Shown here: one piece after another, positions 1 through 10,808 of the stretch
Layout: every line of letters begins with the position of its first letter
Position numbering within the stretch: position 1 is the first letter of the stretch
Assembly: GCA_003614675.1 (NCBI GenBank)
Contig: ML002401.1
Coordinates: 1 to 33,896, forward strand
Direction: 5' to 3'
DNA length: 33,896 nucleotides
Source of the DNA: Dimargaris cristalligena
Lineage: Eukaryota
The notes under the pieces: generated by a model
What the model was told of the DNA's origin: nothing
The model's database searches: none
What the model saw: only the letters and a program-made list of their open reading frames with translations
Translations under genes and position numbers: made by a program

Positions 1-854
1 ATGGGCGACTGGCTTCGAAAAGACGGATGATAATCAAGGGTTAACACGCCAACCGATAAATAAGTTATCGACCAATTTCCATGTGGGCAGTTTTCAGGGG
101 GAATGAAAAGTAAAACTGTCAGTCAGTAGACCCAATAAATGAATCAAGACTAGGAAACAAAAACGAGGCGAAGGATGGGTCGAAATGCATGAATCAGGAG
201 GACGAGGGGATATCGTGGTCGGTCGGAGGGTCAAGTTGATCTCTCAACCAGCCAGGCAAAAAATGCACGGATTAAGAATAGAAAAAGAAAAAAGATCGGG
301 ACAAAGGCGACGATTATGGCTAACTAATAATAAAAGCGCGAAGAGGGGTGCGCGAGAGAAACAGAAACACAATTCGGGTAGAAAACGAAGGGGAAATAAA
401 CATTGATCTGGCAGGAACAAGAAGAATGGGGGGAAAGCAGTTCCTTCTTGACCAAGGATAGTGAGATTTCAATAGTGAAAATGGGGAATAGAGGTGATGT
501 GACGGGCAGCCACCAATAAACTAAAAAAACGAGGTAGTAATGGCCAAGGGAGTGCGTCCCGGGACCTACGGCAAATAAAGGCCCTGTCGATCAGTCATTT
601 TACAATCTCAGCCAGCAGAATATCAAAAAAAAAAAGCAGAAAAGAAACTAGGAATCCGGGAGAATGTTGGAGAGCAACACCTATACATATATATATATAG
701 GTGTAAAAGATAAAAAAGACAACTAACGACTAGGCGAACTAAAGAAATTGAATCGGATTATTAGAATTGAGCGTCGATCAACGGACAGCGACCATAAAAG
801 AAGAAAAATAGTCGAGCGGGCCTCATTCCTAAAAAAGAAAAGGAACGGCGGAAA

Positions 855-2444
855 TTAATTGCGAGGTGCATTAGAATGGACCGAGCCGCCCTGGCGGTTA
901 TGGTCGGGACGGGGTCCGTTGTTCTGACGGTACTGGCCACCGTTGTTGCTATAGTTGCGTCCGCCGTTGCTGGAGCCCGGGTGCTGCTGAGGGCCGTTTT
1001 GGTAACGACTACCTCCATAACCGCTCTGATAACCGCGGGATTGGTTGCCGTTGTTATTATTGTTGTAGCTGGAGTTCGGGTGGGGTCCCTGCTGGGAGTG
1101 GTGCTGCTGGGGCTGACCACTCATGATAGTCCCTTGGGAAGCGGCGGCGACTTCGGCGGCGGTCTTCCGGGACTGTTGGTGCTGCTGCTGGCTGTCGTCG
1201 ATGGCACTGGGGGCAACATAAAGGCGCTTGTCAATCACGGGGGGAATAGGCTTGATCTCGGTACCGAGTTCCTGCTCGATCTTATACAGGTTAAAGCGAT
1301 CATCGTAAGTGATCAGGTTAATGGCCAGACCCAGGTGACCGAACCGACCACTACGACCGATACGGTGAAGGTAGGTTTCGGCATTTTTGGGAAAGTCAAA
1401 GTTGATGACAACATTCACGGCCTGGATATCGATACCACGAGTCAGTAGATCCGAGCAGACCAGGTTACGACACACCCCTTGTCTGAAGTCGTGAAAGACC
1501 CGGTTACGGTCCTGTTGACGCATGCGGGCGTGACTGTAAAAGCAGGAGTAGCCGAGTTCGGTAATTTTCTTGGCCAGCAGTTCCACCCGGTTAGTGGAGT
1601 TACAGAAGATGATGGACTGATTGATTTGCAGTTTCGAGAAGAGGGTGTTAAGGCAGTGCACCTTCTGTTTCTCTTCGACGAAGGCGTAGTACTGGGTAAC
1701 ACCGCGCAGGGTAAGCTCATCCATCAGATTAATTTCATAGGGCTTCACCATGTGCTTATCCTTGAAGTTCTTGACGACCATGGGGAAGGTAGCGCTGTAC
1801 AACATAATTTGGCGCTTGCTGGAGAAGTAGGACAGCAGATTCTCGATAACGGGGGTAAACTCGGGACTGAGCAGCTTATCGGCTTCGTCCATGACGAAGG
1901 TGGTGCATTCGCTGAGATCGCAGATGCCCTTACCGGCCAGGTCAAGTATACGACCAGGGGTACCGACTACGATGTGGACGGTTTCCTTCAGACGCATGAT
2001 GTCCTCCTTCAGGACGGTACCACCGGTACTGACCATGACCTCGACAGCCATGTGCTTACCCAGGTTCTTACAGACTTGAGAGGTCTGGAGGGCAAGTTCA
2101 CGAGTGGGGACGAGAATAAGGGCCTGGATTTTAGGCTTTTGGGTGTTCACCTTTTCGAGTACGGGGATGGTGAAGGCGGCGGTTTTACCGGTTCCGTTCT
2201 TGGCACGGGCGAGAATATCGCGGCCGGCGAGGGCAATCGGTATGGATTCTTCCTGAATGGGAGAAGGGCGTTCGAAACCGGCTTCAAAAATGCCCATCAG
2301 TAGCTCGCGCTTGAGATAGTAGTCCTCGAACTCATTACCCTTAGTGGCGGTGACATCTTCGGTCTGGGGACGGGTGTCCTTGGGTGGTAACGAAAGCTTA
2401 TTTTTCCAGCTTTCGGGTTCGTTGGCGTACGCGCTTGAGGCCAT
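855..2444 (-). CDS. DHH1: DEAD-box RNA helicase Dhh1/DDX6 (P-body decapping activator), 529 aa, intronless
   Basis: Q motif [11 protein letters not shown], motif [26 protein letters not shown] (MDEADKLL), SAT, RGID and [10 protein letters not shown] are all present. N-terminal [40 protein letters not shown] is typical of Dhh1. The C-terminal tail is Q/N/G/Y-rich low complexity. Confidence 0.98.
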   Translation of the reverse strand: MASSAYANEPESWKNKLSLPPKDTRPQTEDVTATKGNEFEDYYLKRELLMGIFEAGFERPSPIQEESIPIALAGRDILARAKNGTGKTAAFTIPVLEKVNTQKPKIQALILVPTRELALQTSQVCKNLGKHMAVEVMVSTGGTVLKEDIMRLKETVHIVVGTPGRILDLAGKGICDLSECTTFVMDEADKLLSPEFTPVIENLLSYFSSKRQIMLYSATFPMVVKNFKDKHMVKPYEINLMDELTLRGVTQYYAFVEEKQKVHCLNTLFSKLQINQSIIFCNSTNRVELLAKKITELGYSCFYSHARMRQQDRNRVFHDFRQGVCRNLVCSDLLTRGIDIQAVNVVINFDFPKNAETYLHRIGRSGRFGHLGLAINLITYDDRFNLYKIEQELGTEIKPIPPVIDKRLYVAPSAIDDSQQQHQQSRKTAAEVAAASQGTIMSGQPQQHHSQQGPHPNSSYNNNNNGNQSRGYQSGYGGSRYQNGPQQHPGSSNGGRNYSNNGGQYRQNNGPRPDHNRQGGSVHSNAPRN

Positions 2445-4221
2445 GGCAAATCACTTAATAGTCAAATGGGAAATAGAGAGAGACGGGGTGAAGCGCAACT
2501 AGATGTGGGCAGGGTGGGATGATGAAGGGATGATGCCGATGAGACGCAGGGGTAGGGAGGCGTCCGACGGAAAGGGAATATATATGTTTGTATATATACG
2601 GCTGTGTGGAGAAGGGATAAATATATTGCGAACAGGGATGGGAAGAAGGAGAGCGCACTCAAGGTCCAGGAGACGGCCAATACACAGTAGAGAAGATGAT
2701 GAGAATAGTGTAACAGGACTTGATCCAAAAGTGAGAAGAAGGTGAGTTTAGGGGGCTGGCTCTCTAGGTAACAGCAGCGATATACTAATAGGAAAGAAAA
2801 TTAGCACGGTACTATATTACAGAAAGAGAGGAGAGGAAAAGGAGGAAGAAGAGTGTAAACGGCGAGATGGGAAGAGAGGGGATGATGATAAAAAGAAGGA
2901 GGGAGGGAAGGAAGGAAGGAAGGATCCACACAGGCAGTCCAACAGTTGGGGGGAATAAGAGGCCAGGGGGGAGGAGGAAGAAGGGGCTGGGCAACAATAG
3001 GAGAGGAGAGGGTAGGCGCGACGAATAGGAACGAAGGGCGGGGAAGACGGGAAGAAGGGAGTGGTGGTGATGTAGCCTAACACGAGGACTTAACAACTAC
3101 AGCTACACGCGGCGGGTCCAAGCGAGGAAACTATCAAAACATATAAACGGGAACGAGAGAGGTTGGGTTATAGGTTAGCGGGCGAAGCAGTGGAAAAGAG
3201 AGTAAAAACAGCAAGGGAAGGAAAGAGAGAACGAGAGATGGGTTAGCAGAGGGGTAGCGAGACAAGTAAGTAAAAGGGTGTTTTATAAAACGAGGTTTAG
3301 AGGAGAAAAGAGGGTGAGGAGGAGAGGTGTTGGAAGGAAAGAACAAAAGGTCGTTGAGAGAGAGAATAGCATATAGTCATGGGAAAAAAGGCGCGGCTCG
3401 GACTCTATGCGTAGAATAGGCCAGTAATGCCCTCCAACTGGCTGATCTATATATGCATACGGGGAAATCAGGTAGCATAATAAGGTCGGTAATACGGCCG
3501 CGGGGGGAAAAACCAGGCTCATATCGATAATAAGATTTATTAGGTTTAGCTGCCAAACTCACTCTCCTTTCAGAGGGTTTGCGATTGAAATGGTACAGCC
3601 AACACGCATATATCCATAACAGGCCCGATGTATGCGCATACAACCACCCTCTTTTTATCCAACCGGGTTCGCAAGAGGTTGCTATAGTATGGGACTGCAA
3701 CAATGCGGCCAAGATAGATAGGTATGTTGGATCACTTTCTATTCAGTCAATTATCTAAACAATCATCATTTCAAGGTAAGAGTAAAAGTAAGAGTAAGTT
3801 TCCCTGAATAACACCCATGAAAGGCCAACCCTAGCAGCAGTATACATACACCAGTCAACCTAATCGAACGGTCTATTAGCGAATAATGCGCCTACTCTGG
3901 TGGTGAGTAATAAGTAAGTGGCCTTCTGGAATATATAGAATATATGGAAGTGTTCCCCCCGTAAGTCCAACGAGAGCACACATTGTGGGGCAGAGTAGCA
4001 CAAACAACCTACAAACCCGACTAATTTCACTGGCTTTGTACTTCAGTCAGTTTCCAGGGACGCCCGCAAAGACTGTGCATGGCGTTTCCGCTCGCCATTC
4101 CCGTCGGCTGGGCGGCTTTCCTTGGCTTTTTTTTTACAAAGACATAAGCTTCAGGTAAGGTGTGATTAAGTAACGCCCCCCCTCTTTTTTGAGGCACTCG
4201 AGTCAGTAAACCACGCTTTAG

Positions 4222-4242
4222 TATATATATATATATATATAT
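4222..4242. repeat. (TA)10 microsatellite
   Basis: Read directly from the sequence. Confidence 0.9.
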
Positions 4243-5929
4243 GCGTACCCCAACTGGACTACCCCTTTCATGTCGAGGGAATCTCTCCTACCTGGTACTA
4301 TTTTTGTACTCACAAAGAGGAGCCACCTGCAGTGCCGCCTTTCCAGCACAATGCTATCAATGTGCTGCTACCCGGGGGACAACCAGGTAGACATGTCCAA
4401 ACAAGCGAGCAAGTTTGCGGGTAGAAACCCGATCATGTAAGTCCCTCCCCTCCCTTGCCGTAAATATACCAATAATAGCATGCTGATACTAACCCAACCC
4501 CCTCTCCCCATAGACCTTGGGATATTGGACCCACTGGCCAGTGGTATGCCGTGACGAACGGGAAGGGAAAAGTCGGAGAGAGAGAGAGAGAGGAATCAGT
4601 CGCATAATTAAAAGGAGTTGGGCGCTTCCACCTCTATTTCCACTCCGCTTCATACCCCCATGCATAGAAGGAAGCCACAACCTCGGTGAAATGATTGAAC
4701 CGAAGCACCACTACAATACCCCCCCTTTGGCTATAAAACGGGAGTTCCGGTGGTCGGAGAGAGTCTATAGCGACATCATTTCCACTACCGATCATCCCAT
4801 GACTAGTATGCCTGGGGAGGAGACCCTGGACTGATCCATCGAACCGCGTGGGTCAGGTGTACATATCTTAAGGGAATTTCGGGTGTTTTTCTGTTTGTTT
4901 TTTTTTACCAACGAGACCGCTCCAACCACCCGATAAGTTCAGCAATAGCCAATATAAATAGGAACGCCTCCAACTAAATCATCCGGCCTGCCTGCTTAAT
5001 CAACGTGTGCAACCGACACGACCGCTAACCCCTGATGGAAATGCCCGAATCTGTGCGCACTTTCCGGGGAGGCTCCGTGTGGGCATGTCTGGAACCTAAA
5101 ACGCATATGGGAGGCCCCTCCTTCCCACTTTGGCCGTTCCACTCTGGCCCACTCATACACCCGGTGGCCTACAGGGCCAATCCTCCAGTCCAAATATAGG
5201 GACAATCCATCTCCCCTATTCCAATCCCCAGGCCTCGAGAGTTTGGCAATCGAGTGTGTGTGTGTGGAGGAGCGATGGGTGAAGATGCTCAAACAGCAGG
5301 ATCACGGCGGTGTGGATGAGTTGCCAAACTGCGTTCTATGCCTATTTTGGCTATATACCCCTCTCTAACTTTCGTTCATTAGTTTCACCGGGGGTATAGT
5401 CTATGCCATGCATCCCAACAGATTCTCCGTCATGCATTTCATTTGCATTGCTAAGGATTAATGACAAGAAAGAAAGAAATAAAAAGAGGGAATAGAGTAC
5501 CTACGAGAGTATCCCCCCCAGTCAAACGGCAAACAACCCCCCCCCATCGTCAGCAACATACTGTGCAGCTGCCCCCCTAAGTCTCTACCAGCAGAGTATG
5601 GTGTACTGCCTGCTAATGAATGCTGATTAAAGGGTGTGTGGTAGGAAAGAGGGAGGGGGGTAAAGAATCACGGGCAGTGTTATAAACGGGTCGGCCAGCT
5701 AATTTTGCTTCAGCCCTAGTTTCAGGCATATCACAAATCATTCCGCCTTGTTGCCGATTGATTGAGGGTGATTAAAGGTCATGTTGACGTGATGTTGCTG
5801 AGCTTATGTCCCATCGTCTAATCCCCCCTCCCCTCTCGCTACTCAACCGTGGTGTCCACCCACTGAATAATTAATAGGTCGAACCAAAAATACACCACCT
5901 GGTTTAATTAAAAAAATCGACCGCTAACC

Positions 5930-6840
5930 CTAATCCTCCGAAGGGACCTGTGGCGAAATGTCCGACCGCAACTCACGGGATGGTTCGTTTTCTTTCCACT
6001 GACCCGTGCCATCGCCCAGTATCTCCTTTTTCCAAATGGGTACACAGTCCTTGAGTCTATTGATTAAGTATTCCACCGCTGCCAGTGACTCATGCCGGTG
6101 CGCTGCTGACACCACAATGACCACACTGACCTCGCCGACGGGGCAATGCCCCAGTTTATGACCAATTGTCACGTGGTGGACGGCCCAGCAGTGGCGGGCT
6201 TCGGCCATGATTTCCCGTAGCATTTTGTCGGCCATGGGCAGGTAGGCCTCGTATTCGAGGGACAGTACCTCTCGGCCTAATTTTATGTTGGGGGGGGGAT
6301 GAAGCGTACCGTCAAAGCGATGGGACGTGTGATGATGATCCATCGACCCATTCATTCGTTCATTCGGTGGGTTAGATAATCGTAGCGGATGGTGGTGTCG
6401 GGAGGAATGGTATACGATTCAATATATTATTACACTGCCATTAATATCCACGTAAACCATGCTCTCCACCAGGTGAACATAGCATTAAGGGTTGGTTAAC
6501 ATGGCTCGCTGGTTTACTGGTCGACAATGTTTCCCTTACGTAACCAATTGGTCACCCATTGGAGAGGGGTGGGAAAGGGGGAAGGAGGGAGCTGCTCAGA
6601 GCCCCTTCTTCTCCTTCTCCTTCTTCTCCTTGTTCAAGACAAGCGAGAGAAGGCTTCGCGTGTTTCTGTCGGTGCCCGCTTACCTTGGAATGAGTCACGC
6701 GTGGTACCCATGAAAGCACTAATTGCCCCTGCCTTCGGGTCCCGGGAGCAGTTGATAAGGGCGGTGAAGTCGAGAGGGTCGGGGGTCAGAACCACGGCAT
6801 CCTTGGGCTCGGCCGTGCTGGCTGGTTTGGAATGGGACAT
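5930..6840 (-). CDS. MOCS2: Molybdopterin synthase catalytic (large) subunit MOCS2B/MoaE/CnxH, 167 aa, 2 exons (6840-6684, 6276-5930)
   Basis: Exon 1 ends ...AGAISAFMGTTRDSFQ-G|GTAAGC. The 407-nt intron 6683-6277 ends TTAG. Exon 2 continues in frame: GREVLSLEYEAY...HKLGHCPVGEVSVVIVVSAAHRHESLAAVEYLINRLKDCVPIWKKE...WKEN, the MoaE signature. The joined CDS is 504 nt. Confidence 0.95.
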
Positions 6841-7456
6841 GTTAGGGAGTGTATACTAAAGGTAGCGAATGGGCGATGTGGCTGTATTCGTCAGTGGTAG
6901 AATTGAGCAAAATAGGACCAACAGGGGGGGGGGGAATCCTGGAGAGAAAATAGCAAGTTAGGTGGGTAGGGAATGTGAGAATGCTTTGGGCAGTGCGGGG
7001 TCGTTTCTTCCATCACCCCCACTCAAGTATAGTCTAGGCAGCTCCGTATCTACCTTAATCGGGGTATGAAGCCAAGCCCATGTTCTATAAACTACGGAGA
7101 TGGCCTACTATTCATTAGCACTTGTTCGTCATGAGTCACTTGTATACTAGGTCGTATAGTTATCTCCCTGTATCTAAGGCACCTCATAACTTACACACTT
7201 GGCGATGGTCTATCCCTCATGTAATACTATCCTTTGGGGTTGGTTCAATCATACAGGCATCAAAATATGTATAATACAACACTAGGTAAACATTATGATT
7301 CCGCATTGATCAAAGGTTTGGATTTTATACAAAACGGTGTAGTATGGATAGTCGCATATAATCTTCTTTCTTTAACAATTGCCTCAAGGTATTCTCCAGG
7401 GTAGGCCGATCTATAAGCATCGCCAGATATGTATCCATAGGGCCCGTGCTAACCGC

Positions 7457-8192
7457 TTAGTCGTCCTTCTTGTCATTGCCACCGACACTTTCATCGAATC
7501 CTAGATACTCCCATTCCTCTGGACTCATCAGTCCGCTAATGATCCGGCCATAATAAGGAGGGGGACATTCATCAAAGTAAATAATATGTAATAATGGTTA
7601 AGCAGTCTGATAAATCTACATCATGTACCAAACACACACGGAAGAGTACTCCCCGTGCATGGGCAATACTTCAACTCTGGGAAAATGTTAGACGTTTCAG
7701 TGGCATTTCCGGGAGCCTACAATATCCCCCGCCTGCTCAATCGTACTTACGTTTCCATTCGACACTGCAAATACCGCTTGGACAAGTGGCGACAAGGCTT
7801 ACTAAGACCCTTACTGGACTTCAAGCAGGTGAGGTACTCCATCATAAATTTCCTGCATTCGCCTAGAAATAGAGGTAATTCGTATTCAATGTTTTCGTAA
7901 AAACCAGTCAAATGGGATATAGATCAATGCTAAGAAACTGGAGCTCGAAATATATTCATTTTGCGTATTTCGATACGACCGCATTGTCCTATCAAAGGTA
8001 AAGTCAACCAAAGCCAACTGTAGTTCAAGGAACTCGACACGGTAGAACTCAACCACGTAAGAAAATGTAGACACCCAAAAGGGCTTACTATCTTTTAGTG
8101 TTCTACTTACCGTCATGGTCCAAAGGAAAGCTGCCACGATCCGGCGGGGCATTGCTTGTGGATTGCACGTTGGGTGGGGCGCCGAAAGCCAT
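7457..8192 (-). CDS. COX19: Cytochrome c oxidase assembly factor Cox19 (twin CX9C IMS protein), 90 aa, 3 exons (8192-8111, 7862-7751, 7535-7457)
   Basis: Manual splice assembly with two GTAAGT...TAG introns gives MAFGAPPNVQSTSNAPPDRGSFPLDHDGECRKFMMEYLTCLKSSKGLSKPCRHLSKRYLQCRMETGLMSPEEWEYLGFDESVGGNDKKDD*. It has PPDRGSFPLDHDGEC, two exact CX9C motifs and the C-terminal LM...LGF of Cox19. The joined CDS is 273 nt, in frame. Confidence 0.96.
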
Positions 8193-8306
8193 GCTGCGGT
8201 TGAATGGTGAAGGTGCCTTTAGAGGGTAGAATAGGTGGGGTTTTGTCTCGGAGTAGGGAACACGCACTAGCGGAATGGGATTTACGAAAGGGTTAATATG
8301 CTTGTG

Positions 8307-8330
8307 TATATATATATATATATATATATA
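8307..8330. repeat. (TA)12 microsatellite between the divergent COX19 and BORCS7-like genes
   Basis: Read directly from the sequence. Confidence 0.9.
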
Positions 8331-8725
8331 GCTACGAAGATTTAGATTCAGCCAGGAATGAAATGGGCAGGGGTAAGTAAGGAACACTATCTTTATTAGA
8401 CTAACTACCTTCTCCACTAGTGTAGGAGGCCTTCCCCCCTCAGTATACCTTTGGCGGTGGGGTGGACTTTACCGGCCGGCATTCCTAGTACAAAGCAGGT
8501 CCTCATCCCTCAATGGGAACTACCTGGCATCCGTACATTCCCGAGGCTCGACATTCAGAGCGCTGCTCCGAAACGGTCCATTTCCCTGCTGCCAGTTCTA
8601 CATTTGGTCTCTTTTAGAACCTTACACGCTCCACCCCTCTTTTGTTTTTTTATTATTTATTGTTATTAAATAACACGACTTCTATCGTTCAAATTGGTTT
8701 ACTTTCTTGTAAAAAGGAGTGCATC

Positions 8726-10010
8726 ATGAGTCGTAACCCACATCCGAGTGTTCTTCGGTCGGAATTCCAACAACAGGGCGACCGCTACCTTCGTGAACTC
8801 GCCGCCCTTGCGAAAGTAAGTGCTCTAATGTTTGGTTTTTTCGACCTTTACAGCCAAAATATTACAGTCGACATATTCCACACCCCTCTCTCTAAGTAAC
8901 CGCTTCGCCAATCGCACTACTTAACTCGAGCACACCATCCCCCTATCTATACTAAACCGTCGGTTTTGAGTAACTGAAATATCACCCACCTTTATATTAC
9001 CTATATTCCCCTATTCTAGGAAACCGTCCGGTCGAGCGAATGTCATAGTGTAAGCAACCAAGAGTTTTCCCATCTGGCCATTCATACCTACATTGCCGAT
9101 ACTTACCCCCCCCCTATCTACTAATACCATCCGACCGGAGTTAGTCTTCTGTAGGATTCCAAGCGGCTTAAGATGATGGCACCCATGCCTATACATATAC
9201 ACCATCCTCTATTTAACCCACGTACGGCTAATTATGGCGGACATTGATTGTAATTTCTTTAGAAAACCTGCCAAATCGTCAAAAATGCCGCGGCCGCCGA
9301 GTCCAGCATTAAGAATACCCAATTAGTAAGTCAAGCCATTATATATGGACCAATTTCACACCACCCCCTCTATATCACCGGGGAATAAGGGCTCGGCTGG
9401 GGCCATTACACTAAGGTTTATGGGGCCGGCAGGGCAACCGTGGATATACCCATTCTCCACCTCTATAGACTAACAGGTAGTCTAACGCCCTGTTTACTCA
9501 TTGCATGTCCAATTTAGAACTTGGATCGGTCCCGGGCTGTACTGGAGCAACTACTCGATAGGTAAGGCTTATATTAGTCACCCGGACTTAACTTGCCGGC
9601 GTACTAGTGTGGGGCCCAACATACTTGAATACAGCTTGCATTGCTACCAAGCATAGACCTGCTGTAATGTTGCCACTTATATCCCCCGTCTCTCTTTCTC
9701 TCTCGTTTTACCAATTCCGCTTATTGATTCCAGAAGCAACTCCGTAGTTCAAGCGTAAGTAACCCTCCCGGCATTTATAAAAATTGTGGAACCGGACCCC
9801 TGTTTTTATTTCACACACACATATACACACGCATACGTTATATCGTGTTACTATAGTTAAATCGGAATAATAAAGCCTTGCTAGTTATTAATTCGATTTG
9901 CATTCAATATCACCCAATTTGCCCTGGAATCGACCAGGCTCGAGGAACTCCCCAAGGTCCAAGCCAATCTCAAGGCCAGCTCATTACCTCCTTCAACTCC
10001 ATCATCATGA
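8726..10010 (+). CDS. BORCS7: Small coiled-coil protein, BLOC-1-related complex subunit 7 (BORCS7/diaskedin)-like, 106 aa, 6 exons (8726-8815, 9020-9049, 9263-9325, 9518-9561, 9734-9754, 9938-10010)
   Basis: All five introns have GTAAG[T/C/G] donors and YAG acceptors, and their phases (0,0,0,2,2) close into a 321-nt CDS: MSRNPHPSVLRSEFQQQGDRYLRELAALAKETVRSSECHSKTCQIVKNAAAAESSIKNTQLNLDRSRAVLEQLLDRSNSVVQALEELPKVQANLKASSLPPSTPSS*. It aligns without gaps to my recollection of human BORCS7 (DVIALTKQVLKGSRSSELLGQAARNMVLQEDAILHSEDSL vs ELAALAKETVRSSECHSKTCQIVKNAAAAESSIKNTQLNL) and has a similar length. The gene model is strong; the family call is moderate. Confidence 0.75.
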
Positions 10011-10808
10011 ACCTCACCCTCCTCCAGCAACCTATATATTTTCGCCATGATCCACACAGCCACACACACCCTCCCTCTCCCATTCTTTCGAATACCCCAC
10101 CTGTAAATCAATATAGAGGCGTGATTCGATACAGCTGTTTGGGGATTTCGAATGTATTATAATCGTAAAAATAGGCAGCATAATCATCACATTCCAATAC
10201 ACCCCGTCGCATCAGACGGATTTTGGGTCCTGCAGCCAAATTTAACCGCCCTCCCCAATGTTAGGCATACTCGACCATTTACTTTAATCATTTCAACGTA
10301 TAAATAGGGACCTTTCCAACCACCCAGGTAATAGAGAGCGCCATGGCTGATTGTAACGACCGTGAAAGAGATTTCATTATATCCCGGTGGATTGAGCTGA
10401 CGTATGCTGAAAATAAAAAAAAATACAGATAAAAGATCCACCCACTTATTCAATGTCTTATAAAGAGGGATGGCAAGTATGTATAGATAGATGGTGTTGG
10501 TAAATAAAGCAATCCCTAAAAGGAAGTATAACAGTCAGCATGGCGCGCAAGACATTCAGGTGGGCTGTCATTATATAAATTATATACTCAACCGATGCCA
10601 CCCTATGAAAAGTATCATAACCCAAGCACTAAAGGATAACGGACCAAGCCCGATTAGAAAGGCGGTATAGCTTTTAACAGCAGTACCATGTCCTCTAAAA
10701 GTATCGCTCTTATCTTTAGCTACAACAATGGTATAAATAATAAAAATAAAAAACATTTGGAAGAATAAAAAAACATACACACATATAAAAGACCCAGTTG
10801 GAGTATAA

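Noticed and set aside
876..2303. 190-aa and 274-aa plus-strand ORFs over DHH1 (and similar antisense ORFs over SNX41, the MYSM1-like gene and SLY1, e.g. 21038-21994)
   Set aside because: Antisense or alternative-frame shadows of conserved genes, with no recognisable domains.
2455..3712. Several L/S/P/F-rich ORFs upstream of DHH1
   Set aside because: These are products of CT-rich low-complexity leader/promoter sequence, mostly with non-ATG starts.
3760..4445. Cluster of plus-strand GTAAG donor-like motifs and one plausible intron (3961-4046)
   Set aside because: The trial splice gives an unrecognisable peptide containing a T9 run, and no complete gene model could be closed. A spliced ncRNA cannot be excluded.
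6841..7450. Looked for an upstream or overlapping MOCS2A small-subunit ORF, as in the bicistronic animal MOCS2 locus
   Set aside because: No frame ending in a ...PP[I/V]SGG* type C-terminus was found upstream of or overlapping exon 1.
7594..7900. Plus-strand ORFs of 90 and 81 aa
   Set aside because: They are antisense to COX19 exon 2 and its introns.
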